Part shown: one piece after another, positions 1-14,748 of the stretch
How positions within the stretch are numbered: position 1 is the stretch's first letter
Layout: each line of letters starts with the position of its first letter
Origin: the human T2T-CHM13v2.0 reference genome, Homo sapiens
Length of the DNA: 64,000 nucleotides
Assembly (NCBI RefSeq): GCF_009914755.1
Contig: NC_060932.1
Direction: 5' to 3' (one strand)
Position numbers and translations under genes: made by a program
The notes under the pieces: model-generated
What the model saw: the letters and a program-made list of their open reading frames with translations, nothing else
Told to the model about the DNA's origin: nothing
Database searches by the model: none

Positions 1-3000
1 AAAGGAATGCTTGTGATTTTTGCACATTGATTTTGTATCCTGAGACTTTGCTGAAGTTGCTTATCAGTTTAAGGAGTTTTTGGGTTGAGATGATGGGGTT
101 TTCTAAATATAAAATCATGTCATTTGCAATCAGAGACAACTTGACTTCCTGTCTTCCTATTTGAATACACTTTATTTCTTTCTCTTGCCTGATTGCCCTG
201 GCCAGAACTTCCAATACTGTGTTGAATAGGAGTGGTGAGAGAGGGCATCTTTGTCTTGTACTGGTTTTCAAAGGGAATGCTTCCAGCTCTTGCCCATTCA
301 ATATGATATTGGCTGTGGTTTTGTCATAAAAAGCTCTTATTATTTTGAGATATGTTCCATCAATACCTAGTTTATTGAGAGTTTTTAACATGAAGGGATG
401 TTGAATTTTTGTCAAAGGCCTTTTCTGCCTCTATTGAGATAATCATGTGGTTTTTGTCTTTGGTTCTGTTTATGTGATGGATTATGTTTATTGATTTGCA
501 TATGTTGAACCAGCCTTGCATCCCAGGGATGCAGCCGAATTGATCTTGCTGGGTAAGTTTTTTGATGTGCTGCTGGATTCGATTTGCCAGTATTTTATTG
601 AGGATTTTCGCATTGATGTTCATCAGAGATACTGGCCTGAAGTTTTCTTTTTTTGTTGTGTCTCTTCCCAGTTTGGGTATCAGGATGATTCTGGCTGCAT
701 GAAATGAGTTAGGGAGGAGTCCTTCCTTTTCAATTGTTTGGAATAGTTTCAGAAAGAATGGTACCAGCCCCTCTTTGTATTTCTGGTAGAATTCAGCTGT
801 GAATCTGTCTGGTCCTGGGCTTTTTTTGGTTGGTAGGCTATTAATTATTTTGTCAATTTCAGAACTTGTTATTGGTCTATTTAGGGATTCAACTTCTTCC
901 TGGTGTAGTCTTGGTAGGGTGTATGCATCCAGAAATTTATTCATTTCTTCTAGATTTTCCACTTTATTTGCATAGAGGTGTTTATAGTATTCTCTGATGG
1001 TAGTTTGTATTTTTGTCAGTGGTGATAATCCCCCTTATTATTGTTTATTGTGTCGCGTCTATTTGATTTTCTCTCCTTCTTCTTTATTAGTCTAGCTAGC
1101 AGTCTACCTATTTTGCTAATTTTTTAAGCTCCTGGATTTGTAGATTTTTTGGAGTGTTTTTAATGTCTCCATCGCCTTCAATTTTTCTCTGATCTTAGTT
1201 ATTTCTTGTCTTCTAGCTTTTGGATTAGTTTGCTCTTGTCTCTCTAGCTCTTTTAATTGTGATGTTAGAGTGTTGATTTGAGATCTTTCTAGCTTTCCGC
1301 TGTGGAAATTTAGTGCCGTAAATTTCCCTCTTAACACTACTTTAGCTGTGTCCCAGAGATTCTGGTACATTGTCTCTTCGTTCTCATTGGTTTCAAAGAA
1401 CTTCTTGATTTAAGCCTTAATTTCATTCTTTACCCAGGAGTCATTCAGGAGCAGGTTGTTCAATTTCCATGAAGTTGTGTGCTTTTGAGTGAGTTTCTTA
1501 ATCCTGAGTTCTAATTTGATTGCACTATGGTCTAAGAGACTGTTTGTTATGATTTCAGTACTTTTTCATTTGTTGAGGAGTGTATTACTTCCAATTATGC
1601 GGTTGATTTTATAATAAGTGCCATGTGGCACTGAGAAGAATGTATATTCTGTTGATTTGGGGTAGAGAGTTCTGTAGATGTCTATTAGGTCTGCCTTGGT
1701 CCAGAGCTGAGTTCAAGTCCTGAATATCCTTGTTAATTTTCTGTCTCATTGATCTGTCTAATATTGACAGTGAGGTGTTAAAGTCTCCCACTATTATTGT
1801 GTGGGAGTCTAAGTCTCTTTGTAGGTCTCTAAGAACTTTCTTTACAAATCTGGGCACTCCTGTATTAGGTGCATATATATTTATAATAGCTCTTCTTGTT
1901 GAATTGTTCCCTTTACCATTATGTAATGCCCTTTTTTCTAGTTTGTAGTCTGTTTTGTTAGAGACTAGGATGCAACCCCTGCTTTTTTTTTGCTCTCCAT
2001 TTGCTTGATAAATTTTTCTCCATTCCTTTATTTTGAGCCTCTGTGTGTCTCTGCATATAATATGGGTCTCTGGAATACAGCACACCAATGGGTGTTCCTT
2101 ATCCAATTTGCCAGTCTGTGTCTTTTAATTGGGGCATTTAGCCTATTTACATTTATTTACATTTAAGGTTAGTATTGTTATGTGTGAATTTGATCCTGTC
2201 TTCATGATACTATTTGGTTATTTTGCACACTAGCTGATGTAGTTTCTTCATAATGTCATTGGTCTTTATATTTTGGTCTGTTTTTGCAGTGGCTGGTACC
2301 AGTTTTTCCTTTCCATATTTAGTGCTTCCTTCAGGAGCTCTTGCAGGGCAGGACTGGTAATGAAATATCTCAGTATTTGCTTGTCTGGAGAGGATTTTAT
2401 TTCTCCTTTGCATATGAAGCTTAGTTTGGCTGGATATGAAATTCTGGGTTGAAAATTCTTGAGTTGAATATTGGTCCCCAATCTCTTCTGGCTTGTAGAG
2501 TTTCTGCTGAGAGGTCTGCTGTTAGTCTGATGGGCTTCCCTTTGTAGGAGACCTGGCCTTTCTCTCTGGCTGCCCTTAAGAGTTTTTCCTTCATTTCAAC
2601 CTTGGAGAACCTGATGATTATGTATATTGGGGTTGATCTTCTCGTGGAGTATCTTAATGGTGCTCTCTGTATTCCCTGAACTTGCATGTTGGCCTGTCTT
2701 GCTAGGTTGGGGAAGTTCTCCTGGATAATATCCTGCAGTGTGTTTTCCAGCTTGTTTCCATTCTCTCTACCTCCTTCTCGTACTCAAATCAATTGTAGGT
2801 TCGGTCTTTTTATGAAGTCCCATATTTCTTGGAGGCTTTGTTCATTCCTTTTCATTCTTTTTTCTCTATTCTTGTCTGCATGTCTTATTTCAGTAAGGTG
2901 GTCTTCAAACTCTGATATCCTTTCTTCTGCTTGGTCAATTCGGCTGTTGATACTTGTGTATACTTCACAAAGTTCTAGCGCTGTGTTTTTCAGTTCCATC

Positions 3001-4595
3001 AGGTTGTTTATGTTCCTTTCTAAACTGGTTATTTTAGTTAGCAATTCCTCTAACCTTTTATCAAGGTTCTTAGCTTCTTTGCATTGGGTTAGAACATGCT
3101 CCTTTAGCTCATTGTAGTTACTACCCATCTTCTGAAGCCTACTTCCGTCAATTCATCCATCTGATCCTCTGTCCAGTTCTGTACCCTTGATGGAGAGACG
3201 TTTCGATCATTTGGAGGAAAAGAGGCACTCTGGCCTTTTGGGTTTTCAGCAGTTTTTCGTTGATTCTTTCTCATCTTCGTGAGTTTGTCTAGTTTTGGTC
3301 TTTGAGTCCGCTGACCTTTGGATGTGGTTTTTGTGGGGGCCTTTTTTTTGTTGTTGCCTTCTGTTGGTTTGTTTTTCTTTCAGTAGTCAGGTCCCTCTTC
3401 TGTAAGGCTGCTGCAGTTTGCTGGGGGTTCACTTTAGGCCCTATTTACCCAATTCATTCCCATGCCTGGAGATGTCATTCACAGAGGCTGGAGAAGAGCA
3501 AAAATGGGTGCTTGCTCTTTCTTCTGGGACGTCTGACCTCGAGGGGCACCAACGTGATGCCAGTAGGATCTCTCCTATATAGGGTGTTTGACAACCCCTG
3601 TTGGAGGGTCTCACCCAGTTGGGTGGCATGGGGAGCAGGACCCATTTAATGAAGCACTTTGTTTCTTGGTGGAGAGAGTGTGCTTCACTGTGGGGAAACC
3701 CACTCATCCAGGTTGCCTGCATTCCTCAGAACTACCAGGAGGAGAGGTTAAGTCTGCTAGTCCGCAGAGACTGTGGCCACCTCTCCCACTAGGGGCTCAT
3801 GCCCAGGGAGATCCAAATTCTGTCCCTGATCCTCTGGCTGGAGTTACTGGAAATCCTGCAAGGAAGCCCCACCCAATGAGGAAAGATGGGTCAGCGTTAG
3901 GTCTGAAGAGGCACTCTGGCCGCTGACTGCCACAGCCGGTGTGTTGGGCTGTGGGGACAAGTCTTGGGGCCAAGCTGTCCAGTCTCCCTGGCTCCAGCAG
4001 GGGAAAAGCATAGCTTGGAGCTATAGAAATGGGTGCCGCCCTTCCCCCCACCCAGGGAGCTTAGCATGTTAGGCAGTTGTGAGTCATAGTGCTGGCTGCT
4101 GTCCCTCCCCCAAGGAGCTCAACCGGCTTAGACAGCAGGCAGCCATAGCTGATGCTGGTCGCCCTTCCCCCAGGGATTTCCATTAGGCTTAAGCAGATTC
4201 AAGCTGAGAGGCTGTAAGCATCTGTGCATTCTGTGGTTGGGACGCTAGACCCTGGTGGCGTGGATTCGCGAATGGGATCTTCTGATCCATGGGTTGCACA
4301 GTTCCATGGCAAAAGCATAGTCTCCCTGGCAGGGTAGCACACTTACCACCTCCCTTGGCTGGGGGAGGAGGTTCCCCTTGCCCGTGTGGCTCTCAGGTGT
4401 GCCACTGCAGCACACTGTTGTTCCTTCTCTCCGTGGTCAATTTTTTTGTTGAGAGAGCCCCGTAGTCAATTTTGATGAGAAAACATGGATACCTTGGTTG
4501 CTGGTGAAGGATTCACACACTTATTATGTTTTTTTTTTTCCACTGGGAGCCTCTGAACATAGCTGCTTCTGGTCGGCCATCTTGGCCCTGCCCCC
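1..4595 (-). mobile_element. LINE-1 (older L1PA-type): 5'UTR, ORF1 and 5' half of ORF2; continues beyond the left edge
   Basis: 5' end GGGGGCAGGGCCAAGATGGCCG with a YY1 motif. ORF1 remnant runs from ATG 3274 to TAA 2266. ORF2 remnant starts near 2205 (TGSNSHITILT, endonuclease IVGDFNT, RT-proximal KENFRPVSL). Many frameshifts. Confidence 0.95.
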
Positions 4596-7576
4596 ACTGT
4601 AATCTCATTTTAGTAAGACTTTTCCATAATTGTCTACTGATTATTTATTACTTATCTGTGTGGTAGAATTGAAAAACAATCACTTTTTAACAAACTTTGA
4701 TTTCTTCATTTACAGTCAAGAATATTGAATTCTACTGATGTGTGTTGATCCCTTCTCTGTGTTACTTGTGTTCACAAGAGTCACCCCATTTTATTTTTAA
4801 CCTCACGAGATAAGGAAGAGTTGACCCATTTTTGCAGAATAAGGAATGGAGTCTCAGAGAGGCCAAGAGCTGACACAATCAAGAGTTCAACTGAGATTTG
4901 AAAGTAGCCCTTCTGATTCTAAGTCCTTCCATTGCAGCCCAGCTGCCTGCTTCAGACATAAGCTACCCTATGTGCTTAAAAGAGCCCCATACAGCATCGA
5001 TGCACATGACTAAGCCTTGCTGTGGGAAAGGATACCTTGTGGAGGTCTCTACTGCATGGAGGTTGGCACAAACAGGCAGGCTCACCTGGCATTTCTACCC
5101 ATGCTTGAGACAGGATGCTAAAAAAGGGCACTTCTTAAAGAAACATGGAAAGATAGATCCAAGGGAAAAAGCATTTAAGGCCTTGGGGTGATGGAGCTGT
5201 TCTAAAGTTAGGTTGGGATAGTGGTGGCACAACTTTAGTTAAGTAGACTACAACTATTAAATTGTGTACTCTATGTTGGTTTTGTGTGCCAATCTGGCTT
5301 GGCTGTTAGTACTCAAGTAGTTTATGTCGTTTTCCTTGTTACCATTGTTGGAGTCATTGGTTTTTGGAAAACCAGGTTGGAACATGCTGGGGAAAGCATC
5401 CTTCCCAGGCCTATCCCTCTTGTCTTTCTCTTGCCAACACAGTCCTCCAACAGGCAGAAGCAACCTGGTGCTTCTGTGAGGGACCTGGAGAACTTTGCCT
5501 GAGGCTTTGCATCTTCTTAGCTCCTTCCCACCTCCTCCAGCTGCTGCCTGTGCCACAGGCGCCTTCTCCTCTGCCGCTCTGATGAACAACAAGGTGCAGT
5601 TCCACTTTCTGCTGTCATTTCTCATGGGTGGATGCCATCAATCTTGTCTTCTGTGTTCTAATGAACCTATAGCCCCCAACCACTCCCAACATCAAAATAT
5701 GTCCTACAGGTTAGAATTTTGGTGCTACTTCTGATTTCTCTTTGACTGTTCCTTCCTGTGCCCAAGGCCTCTCAGAATTCCTTAACTGACCTTTCCATGG
5801 TACTCAGTTCCATGCCAGAATGGACTGCCATACTAGGAAACCTTTCTTCTGTTCTCTGTTGGAAGATCAAATCTATGCCATGCCCTCTCTTCATTTGATC
5901 TCTTCTTCCACTCTCTGACATTCCTACTTAAAACAGTAAAAACAAAAACAAAGAATTAAGAAAGAGTAGGGAAGCTATCCATGCAAATTAGCACAGGCTC
6001 ACAAACTTGGGGGGCCTTGGGCCATGATTCAACATAGAAGAAAAATTTAGCCTGACACATAAGCGTTTCCTTAGGCGTCTGGACAACCTCTTCCCTCATC
6101 AACAAGCCAACCCTGCCGAGTCTAAAGAAGGGGTCAGTTTTGTAAAAACCTTATTATACAGGAAGACATTTCTATTCAGTTTCCCTGCAAAGGCAGAGGT
6201 AAGTTTCCCAGAAGAGCTAGTTAATTTCTTTGCTCACCTCCTGCACACTCAGTGAATTCAAGGAAGTGATAGATTCTTGGGCCTCCGCCCACACATACAG
6301 GTATAAGGACAATGGATAGAAGAACCAGTTGCTTTAAGTTCTTAAAAATAAGAAAATGAAGACACCACAGCATCGCTTCATAGGCGGTTTTTGTGCCTTA
6401 TGCCATAGAAATCTGTATGTCCTGGATTTTCTAGGACAACTCCAATTTCAGCTATATTTATACTTGTCAAGTCATAATTTCTTATTATTGGCTAACAAAA
6501 TATGAGCACCTTGGTTACAGGTGAGCCTGTGTTATGTGAGGTTATTGTCATAACTAATTTTTCTTGGATGGCGTCAAACATGACTGAGTTCTACCAAAGT
6601 GTATACTAAATGAGTCATATTATTGAGATGATACAGTGCAGTTACCAGGTGGTTCTGCTAATAATTAGAAACACATTTCTATATTTCATAGGACCAAGGA
6701 AAGGAAAACATCACCAGGAAAATGTTACATGTGGGGACAATTATTCTATAGGCCCTTGGCTGGGATTTGTGGATATGAACATAATTCAGAGGTAAAAGTG
6801 AAATACCAGAATAATACATGGAGATTTCTTCTATTGGTGCAGAACTACAGAATACAGGAATCAACATGCAGCCAAGTCTTGAGTATTCAAGGAATGATGA
6901 CCCAATTTGTCGATTACTAAGACTTTTCCTCCCTTTTCCTATTCTCACAGTTCAGTGATCCTCAAATTTGAGTAATATATTTCCAAATTAAGAATTTAGA
7001 ATTAAGAAAAAAAATTTTAAACCTTTAAAAGGCTGTGGTGTTTCTTAAATTATTTGTAAATTATTTGGAATTATATTAAAATTTGCACAAAGCTAAAATT
7101 TAAGATTCGATTCATATGCTTTTATATATGCTTGTTTTAATAAAAATAATTCACAAAGTAAAAACCATCAAAACCACAAAATCAGTAAGTTCAATATTAA
7201 CAACATTAATTTACAGTGATGGATGATGTTTTGCTGAAACAACATGGGAAAGTGTAATTTTCGCATGTGATCAGGAGCAGAGGAGAACCAAATATTGGAA
7301 ATCAGTGTTGGAGATCCACAACTTCCAGCTCCTCCACTAGCACGTAATGCTTTTTTCTCAGGGGTCTGTCAGCCCCAGCTTGGGGAACACTGCTTTTGCC
7401 ATTTATGTAGAATTGATTTTCTTCTTCTAAGATCTGCCAGGGAAAGAAGACAATGTGAAACCAAAATCCACCAGATACCCTTGTTGTTGCTAAAGGGAAT
7501 TTAGGGCTGTTTGTAGGTTTCAATTAGATAAAGTTTTGACCTCCTTTCTGGTTTCTCATTACCATGGCTATTAGAG

Positions 7577-8106
7577 CAGTGGTCCCCAATCCCTAGGCCA
7601 TGGACTGGTACCAATCCATGGCCTGTTAGGAACAGGGCCACACAGCTGGAGGTGAGCGGCAGGTGAGCAAGTAAAGCTTCACCTGTATTTACAGCCGCTC
7701 CCATCTCTTGCATTGCTGCCTGAGCTCCGTCTCCTGTCAGATCAGCGACAACATTAGATTCTCAAAGGAGCACAAACCTTATTGTGAACTGCAAATGTGA
7801 GGGATCTAGTTTGGGTGTTCCTTATGAGAATCTAATGCCTGATGATCTGTCCCTGTCTCCATCACCCCCAGATGGGACCATCTGGTTGCAGGGAAACAAG
7901 CTCAGAGCTCCTACTGATTCTATATTATGGTGAGTTGTATAATTATTTCATTATATACTATTAATACAATGTAATAATAATAGAAATAAAGTGCACAATA
8001 AGTGTAATGCGCTTGAATCATCCAAAACCATCCCCCTCTTCTGGTCCGTGGAAAAACTGCCTTCCACAAAACTGGTCCTTGGTGCCATAAAGGTTAGGGA
8101 TCACTG
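7577..8106 (+). mobile_element. MER1A-like hAT-Charlie DNA transposon, full length
   Basis: Termini CAGTGGTCCCCAA...TTAGGGATCACTG, 8-bp TSD tattagag/tgttagag, MER1 internal sequence. Confidence 0.85.
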
Positions 8107-10880
8107 TGTTAGAGCATTATCCATCAATTGCCTCTTCAGGATTGCCCTCCTACTGCATTGGACTGGCTATAGCACAGCAGGCAGACACATGCCTTTTCCA
8201 GAGACTCCCACATTGATTTTTGAATGACACGAACACATCCATTAGGCCTGCCTTACATTGTAAGTGGATCCACTTGAAGGAGCAGCCAACTCATGTATTG
8301 TGATGTAAATGGTGCTGTTCTGCACTCAGCACTTTCATCTTCTAAGTGTTTCACAAACACTGCTAATTAATAGTCCTCTTTTCTGTGCTGCCAGGGAGGA
8401 GTTGTAAGGAAAGAATGATGGGTGGCTTTCCAGATAAACACATGTTAATTTTTATCTCAGGCTAAGGGGAAAGAAACAAACATATAGAGCCAAACACTTA
8501 CTGTGTCTGCCACTATGACATTGATTATTGTATTTAAACCTCACAACAATCTTGGCAGGCAAAGAATCTTGGCATAAAGGTCTTCTTATCACCATTTTTA
8601 CAGATGGTGAAACTGCAGCTTGTAAGGATAATTATAGTGAGGGATGGAGGCAGGATTTGAACTCATGTCTGGTGGTTTCCAATGCTAACACTCATTCTGC
8701 TACTCCACAGGGCAAAGAGTGGAAGTTTAGCATTTCCAATGTATTAGTCATTATCATTATTATAAACAAGTATTATTAATGTTTAATGACCATAATACTT
8801 CAAATTTATGTAGCCCTAATCTTTGAGACACTTAGAGTTCTATGCAACTATTCTGCTCTTGCTCAGTTCAAAAGTGGTAATATTTGGATTTTGTATTAGA
8901 AGTCATTTTGGTCTCATTCTTGTTTTAAGAGCAATTTTTCATGGGTTCAAACTCTTGGACTTGTGAAAATCTGGGATTGAAAACAATGTTTGCTTTGTCC
9001 TCAAAAGTAGTAGCCATGACATACCAGATGTTCTAATCTCTGATAAGAAAATTCTTGTTAAATTTTAATGGAAGAAAATGGACTGGCGGTTAGGACACAT
9101 CCTTTACTCTTTTTTTTTTTTTTTTTTTTTTTTTCCTATTATCACTTACAAAGACCTGGGACTATGGTTTCTCCTGGCTGTACCACTCACTTCCAAGCAC
9201 ACTGAGACCTTGGGAACTATTTCCTGGGTATGCGGCCCATTGTTCTAACCTAATTTTTACTGTTGGATCAAAGTATATCCATGGCCAAATAATGGTCCTA
9301 TTGCTAGTCACTCTTTTGTCCACAAATGAACTGGAGTGAAACCCGTATCTTGACTGCTTTCCTTTTTAGCACCCATCAGATAAGCAACCCGGGCTGTTGA
9401 GAGGACGATGTTAACTGACCCCCAAGGCAGGACCAGGTGCTGAAGTCCTGCTCTTTCAAAGATGATGAACCAGAGAATACTGTGTCACTGCTTGTTCCAT
9501 TCCTGTGCTGGTACTGGCAAGTGGGAAAGCTGGGATTCAAATCCAAGTCTGTGTCTCCAAAAGTCCATGTTGAAGCTGTTCTTGTTGCTGAATTTAATGA
9601 ACCTCTAACACATGTAGGTATTTTACATTTTCAATAAATTGTTAATTTTTTATGGAGTGCCTGCTTTTCTCAAGTATTATACTATGCTAGGTGCTAGGAA
9701 TATAGTAGTGAATGAAACAGCCAGAAAAATACATTCAAACTTCATTGAGCTTACAGTCTTTAAAGTACATATATTTTTAAATTTAATCCTAATAACTATT
9801 TGTGTGTATGCATGTAGTTATATGTATACACACATATGCATGTATCTACGTATACATATATGCCTGTGTAGTTGTCCTTGTCCTTGTTTTACACTTGAGA
9901 AGAATAATGCAGTGATTTATTCAGGATTGCATAGCTAAGGATTGTAGAACTTGAATTTGAATCCAGATCTCTGAATCCTAGATATTTCCACATTATGACA
10001 CTGTCTTCTGTTCATGAAATGAATGGAAAATAGGGTTTTGCTGTAAAAGGTGGGCTCAGTTTTAGGGAAATAACCAAAAAACCATCTCCTTCAATACTCC
10101 CAATGGTGTGACAGTTCGTGTGCCCTTCAACAGATTTCCAAGAGTCAGGCAATGAATTCCTTTCTGTGTATTATTCATCATAATAAACTTCAGCTGGATG
10201 ATCACTTTTATTTGTTATTTGGGAAATTGCCTGTGTTTTATTATCTGTATTTGGCAGGATCCAATGGAGAAAGTGATCCAATGGAAAGGATCCAATGGAG
10301 AAAGTGTCACTGAGCTGGGCCGCAGAGCTGGTTATCAAGGGTAGTCTACGAAGTCAGAGGTAAGCTTGACACATGGTGGTAGAATGAAGTTCACGGTGCT
10401 GTGTAGTTGTCCCTTTTTCTTGAATTACCGTGGGGCTGACATCCAGACTAAAGTGCTATTCTATGACCTTTCTACCAGTTCCCTCTCAGAATCACTCAAA
10501 AGAAAATAGAGAAATGAGAAAGAGAGGCGTGAATTTATTTTTTGATGAAACTAGGAAAACAGGTTACCCCAAATCACAATGTATGAGAAAGGGGTGGCAA
10601 TGGCTGTGAAAATTAAACAGGAATGTGGAGAGACTGAGAAAGGCTGCTTCAGCTGCTGACGTCAGAGAAAGCTGGGGGGAAAGAGTAGGACTATCTCGAA
10701 GGCCCAAACCAGCAGCCTCTTGTTTGTAACGACTGGGATGAGCATGGAATCTGACTGCAGACGTTATCTCTGGACCTCATCTGGCAGAGAGATGAAGCTC
10801 AGTAGGCAGAACTGAATGAGGAAATCACCCAAACAAGCCATAGATGTAAGAAGCGGCCAGTTGGCAAGGAAGAGTGGTCT

Positions 10881-11306
<426 letters not shown>

Positions 11307-11449
11307 TTATCCTAATACATAGCCCTGACCCTCCCCTCCCAAACTTCTGGCAAATAGCTGGTCCAGGAAAAATTCACTTCAATCAAAGATAAATGCTGTC
11401 AAAAAGGTATCAGAATATGATATATATGCATACACTATGGGAGAGGGGA

Positions 11450-12410
11450 AAGAAAAAGGAAAGGAAAACAATGGATAGTTGATGGATAGTCACCAGAAAG
11501 AAAAAGGTTCTCATGGAGCTGGTGGTAATTCTGATCAAGCTCATTGCCTTAATCATTTTAAAAACCAATATTTCTATGAAACAATAGCTCAATGCAGAGA
11601 TGCAGCAGTTCTATGAAAATGGGCAACACAATAAAACCGATGAAATATAACCTGGCACAACTCATGAAAATAGTGAAAGAAAAAATAAAAGCCACTGAGA
11701 AATTAGAAGGAACACAAAGGCAGACAAGAGTGAGAAAGGCAAGCAAACAGCATGCATTTAGAGAGGATGTGACGGACACAAATGATGGAGACTAGAGAGT
11801 CTCACTTGTGTCTTTAGAAAGACCAGAAAAGGGGACCAGAAGGACCAGAATGAAGGAACAGAGAATATATTTTAACATCGTAATTAAAGTTTCCAGAAAT
11901 AAAAGACTACTTGAATCTACACATTGAAAGGGAACACTGGGAAAAAAATGACTCAGGACAATCAACATCCAGCTATATCCTGGTAAAGGGACTGGCTTCC
12001 CATAGAAAGCCTCTGGGGCTGACAGACAAAAAGATCAAGTCACTTGTAAATAAAGAGACCATGAGCTAGTCTCAATTTGCATCTGTTTTCCAGCCATAAT
12101 TATGTATTGTGTTTCCCTCACTCTCAAAAGTGTCATGACTTACACAAAAAAATTATAGGATTGCCTTGCTTAAATAAGTAAAATAATAGAGGAGAAGAAA
12201 GTCATGGCTTTAGACATCGCCACAGCAACACAGCAAATAAACAAAAACTCCTATGAATCCTCAAAGTATAACCCCCCCAATTTTAGATTTAATACTTAAC
12301 CAATAGCCACTCAAATAGAAATAATCTCTTTTTGGTGTGCATGAACCAAGGAGCATAATTCTCCTAAGTCCTTCTTGATTAAACTGCTAGAAAACAACCT
12401 TCAGTGAACC
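11450..12410 (+). mobile_element. Ancient L1M/HAL1 ORF1-like relic
   Basis: A-rich strand with degenerate ORF1-like motifs (tttccagaaataaaagactacttgaatctacacattgaaaggg). Boundaries are approximate. Confidence 0.45.
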
Positions 12411-14742
12411 AAGAAGGAAGAGGAGGATGTGTGCCAGGTGTGTCCCAATTTAAAATAATTTCCTTCCAACCTTCCCAAGATATCCCCCCTCTGCACTCCC
12501 TACTTCAGTTAATGATATCCCGAAATCTGATTGTCTAACTGACAAACTGGGATTTATCCTAGTCACCTCATTCTCTTCATTCCAACACTTCACTAGTCGA
12601 TAACTCCTGTCAAACTGTAAAACGTTCTCTAAAATCTTTCCTCCGCTTTCCATCTCTATTGTCATGCCTTGTTCAAATATGAGTCATTTGTGTTTAGACT
12701 ATTTCAATAGTATCTTAATTGCAGGAGCAATTTTAAAACATTTCACAACTGGTGCCACACAGATGCTGAGCAATTAGAAAGGACACCAGTCATAAACAAT
12801 AGCCCAGAACACTGGTGCTCATCAGCTGTCTTTGGTCTTTGCCTAATTGGTCTCCTTGCTTCTAATATCTACATTCTCCAATCCATCACATTGTAGTTAT
12901 TATGATTTATCTAAAGTCTAAAGTTGATCATGTCATTCTGTAAGTTTCTTTGAGTTCCATTACCTGCAGTATAGATCAGTGTATGAAGTCTAAAGTCTTT
13001 GGCATTGAGAACAGTCTTTTAGGACATAGTCCCCACCTAATTCTTAAAGTTTCAAATCTAAACACTCTCACATTCAGTGCCCAACAGCCACTCTGGACTT
13101 CTTGCCATTTGGTAAATGCACCAAAGACTCTTTGAGATTCAAGTGTGTGGTTAACATTGTCCTACCTGGAGCAGGAATGGAATGTACATTTCTCTAAAAG
13201 ATCCAGATTCTGGTTCTAGAATCACATCCGAGTGAGAGAATCCACATGGGATAAGTTCCAGGGCTGAGCAACCTCTCCAACAGGCGACCAGCCAGAGGTT
13301 GCTTCCTCCTCATTTCCTTCCCATTTTGAGTTTTCTCTGTTAAACATCCAGCCACATTACATTATAGACACACTTCATAATTTTTTTGATTAGTTGACTG
13401 ACAAGAGAGTCCCTAAGGAGTGGATTCTGCCAGTGATGCCATTTTCTGTCGTTTGTAACAAATCAGTGGCCTCTCCCACATGACAAGGCAGGGCCACCTC
13501 TGGGAGTCCGAACTGAGTCTGCTGGTTCACTCATCCAACAAGCATGTTGAGAACCTCGGTCACTTATGGGGTTGAGACCGATATGGTCCCTGTCCTTATG
13601 AGCTTTCTGTCTAAAGTGGAGGGAGACAGCCAGCAGGAAACAAACAAATGAATGCAAAGTGTGAAAAGGGCACAAACAGAGTTTAATTACGGAGAATAAG
13701 AAGGGGAATCTGCATCTTAGGTGGTCACCAGAGGCCTCCCTCAGTAGGTGATATTTAAACTGCGGCCTGAAGGATGAGAAGGCAACAGCTATGCACAGAT
13801 CAAAGGGGAGAATATCCTACTAGGCAGAGAGCTAGTTTTCATTGAGAAAAGCAAAAACACAGTGACTTTTTCAGTGTTTAGAAGCAGGATTGCATCCACT
13901 TATGTGAGGAGGGCAATGCGTGTGGTTTGAAGATATCTGTACCCTCCTAGAGAGAAATGAAATAATCCAATTTTAATTACACTTGTGAATACTCTGGTTG
14001 AAAAATCACATGTAGGATCCCGTTCTCCTAAGTGTGCTTTGTGAATTTCCCTTTGCATGTCTTTATGTTATCCTTCCCATCTGGACTGCTCGCTACTAAC
14101 CTCCTCTACTGCAAAATTCCTGCTGCTCTTTGGAGCCCTGGTCCAGCCTTGCCTCCCTCAAAGGAACCCTCTCTGACAGCTCCAATCCTCTGTCTGGGTG
14201 TCTTCTCCGAGCTTCTGCACCCTCTCTATCTTCCTGAGTGAGCTATCGTCTGCGTATTATTTTCTTCCATGAGTACACGTCTCACTCCTTTCCTACGATT
14301 TAAGGAGAGACATCAAGTCTTTGTGTTCTAGCCTGCGATTCTTCACCCAGTGTCTGACGGCTCAAGATGTAACATTTGCTCAACAAGCAATTTCAAATCA
14401 GGGGAGACTGCCCACCTACCTCAGGAATACTATATAGCCAAAATCCAACAGAGCAAACAGGATTCTTTCAGTTTTGAGGGGTTTTTTTATGAATGAATTT
14501 GAACAGATGGAATATATAGATGAATATATACAGAAAAATGAACAAAAGTCATGCTCTCCTTTAAGGGAGTAACTTAGTACACATTCCATGTAAACAAAAT
14601 CTATAGTAAGATTTCCTCAAATAGAACTCAGGGACCAGCAGTTATGAGAAAATTGCCAACATTAAGAACAAATTCCAAACTACCACTCCAAAAAAATAAA
14701 AAATAAAAAGCAAAGGTCCACTCATTTTTACAGTACAAAAAT

Positions 14743-14748
14743 TTTATT
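14743..14748 (-). terminator. Distal polyadenylation signal AATAAA
   Basis: tttatt on the + strand, with upstream UGUA motifs and a U-rich downstream element (aaaaaaataaaaaataaaa on +, 14690-14709). Confidence 0.75.

Noticed and set aside
372-3128. L1 ORF1/ORF2-like ORFs as functional genes
   Set aside because: They are broken into many frames by stops and frameshifts; this is a dead L1.
3300-4595. L1 antisense promoter firing towards the EBF2 3' end
   Set aside because: The 5'UTR is an older, CpG-decayed type, and nothing in the sequence supports activity.
5257-5734. Cluster of overlapping ORFs in a GC-richer patch (possible pseudogene)
   Set aside because: No recognisable protein, poly(A) tail or TSD.
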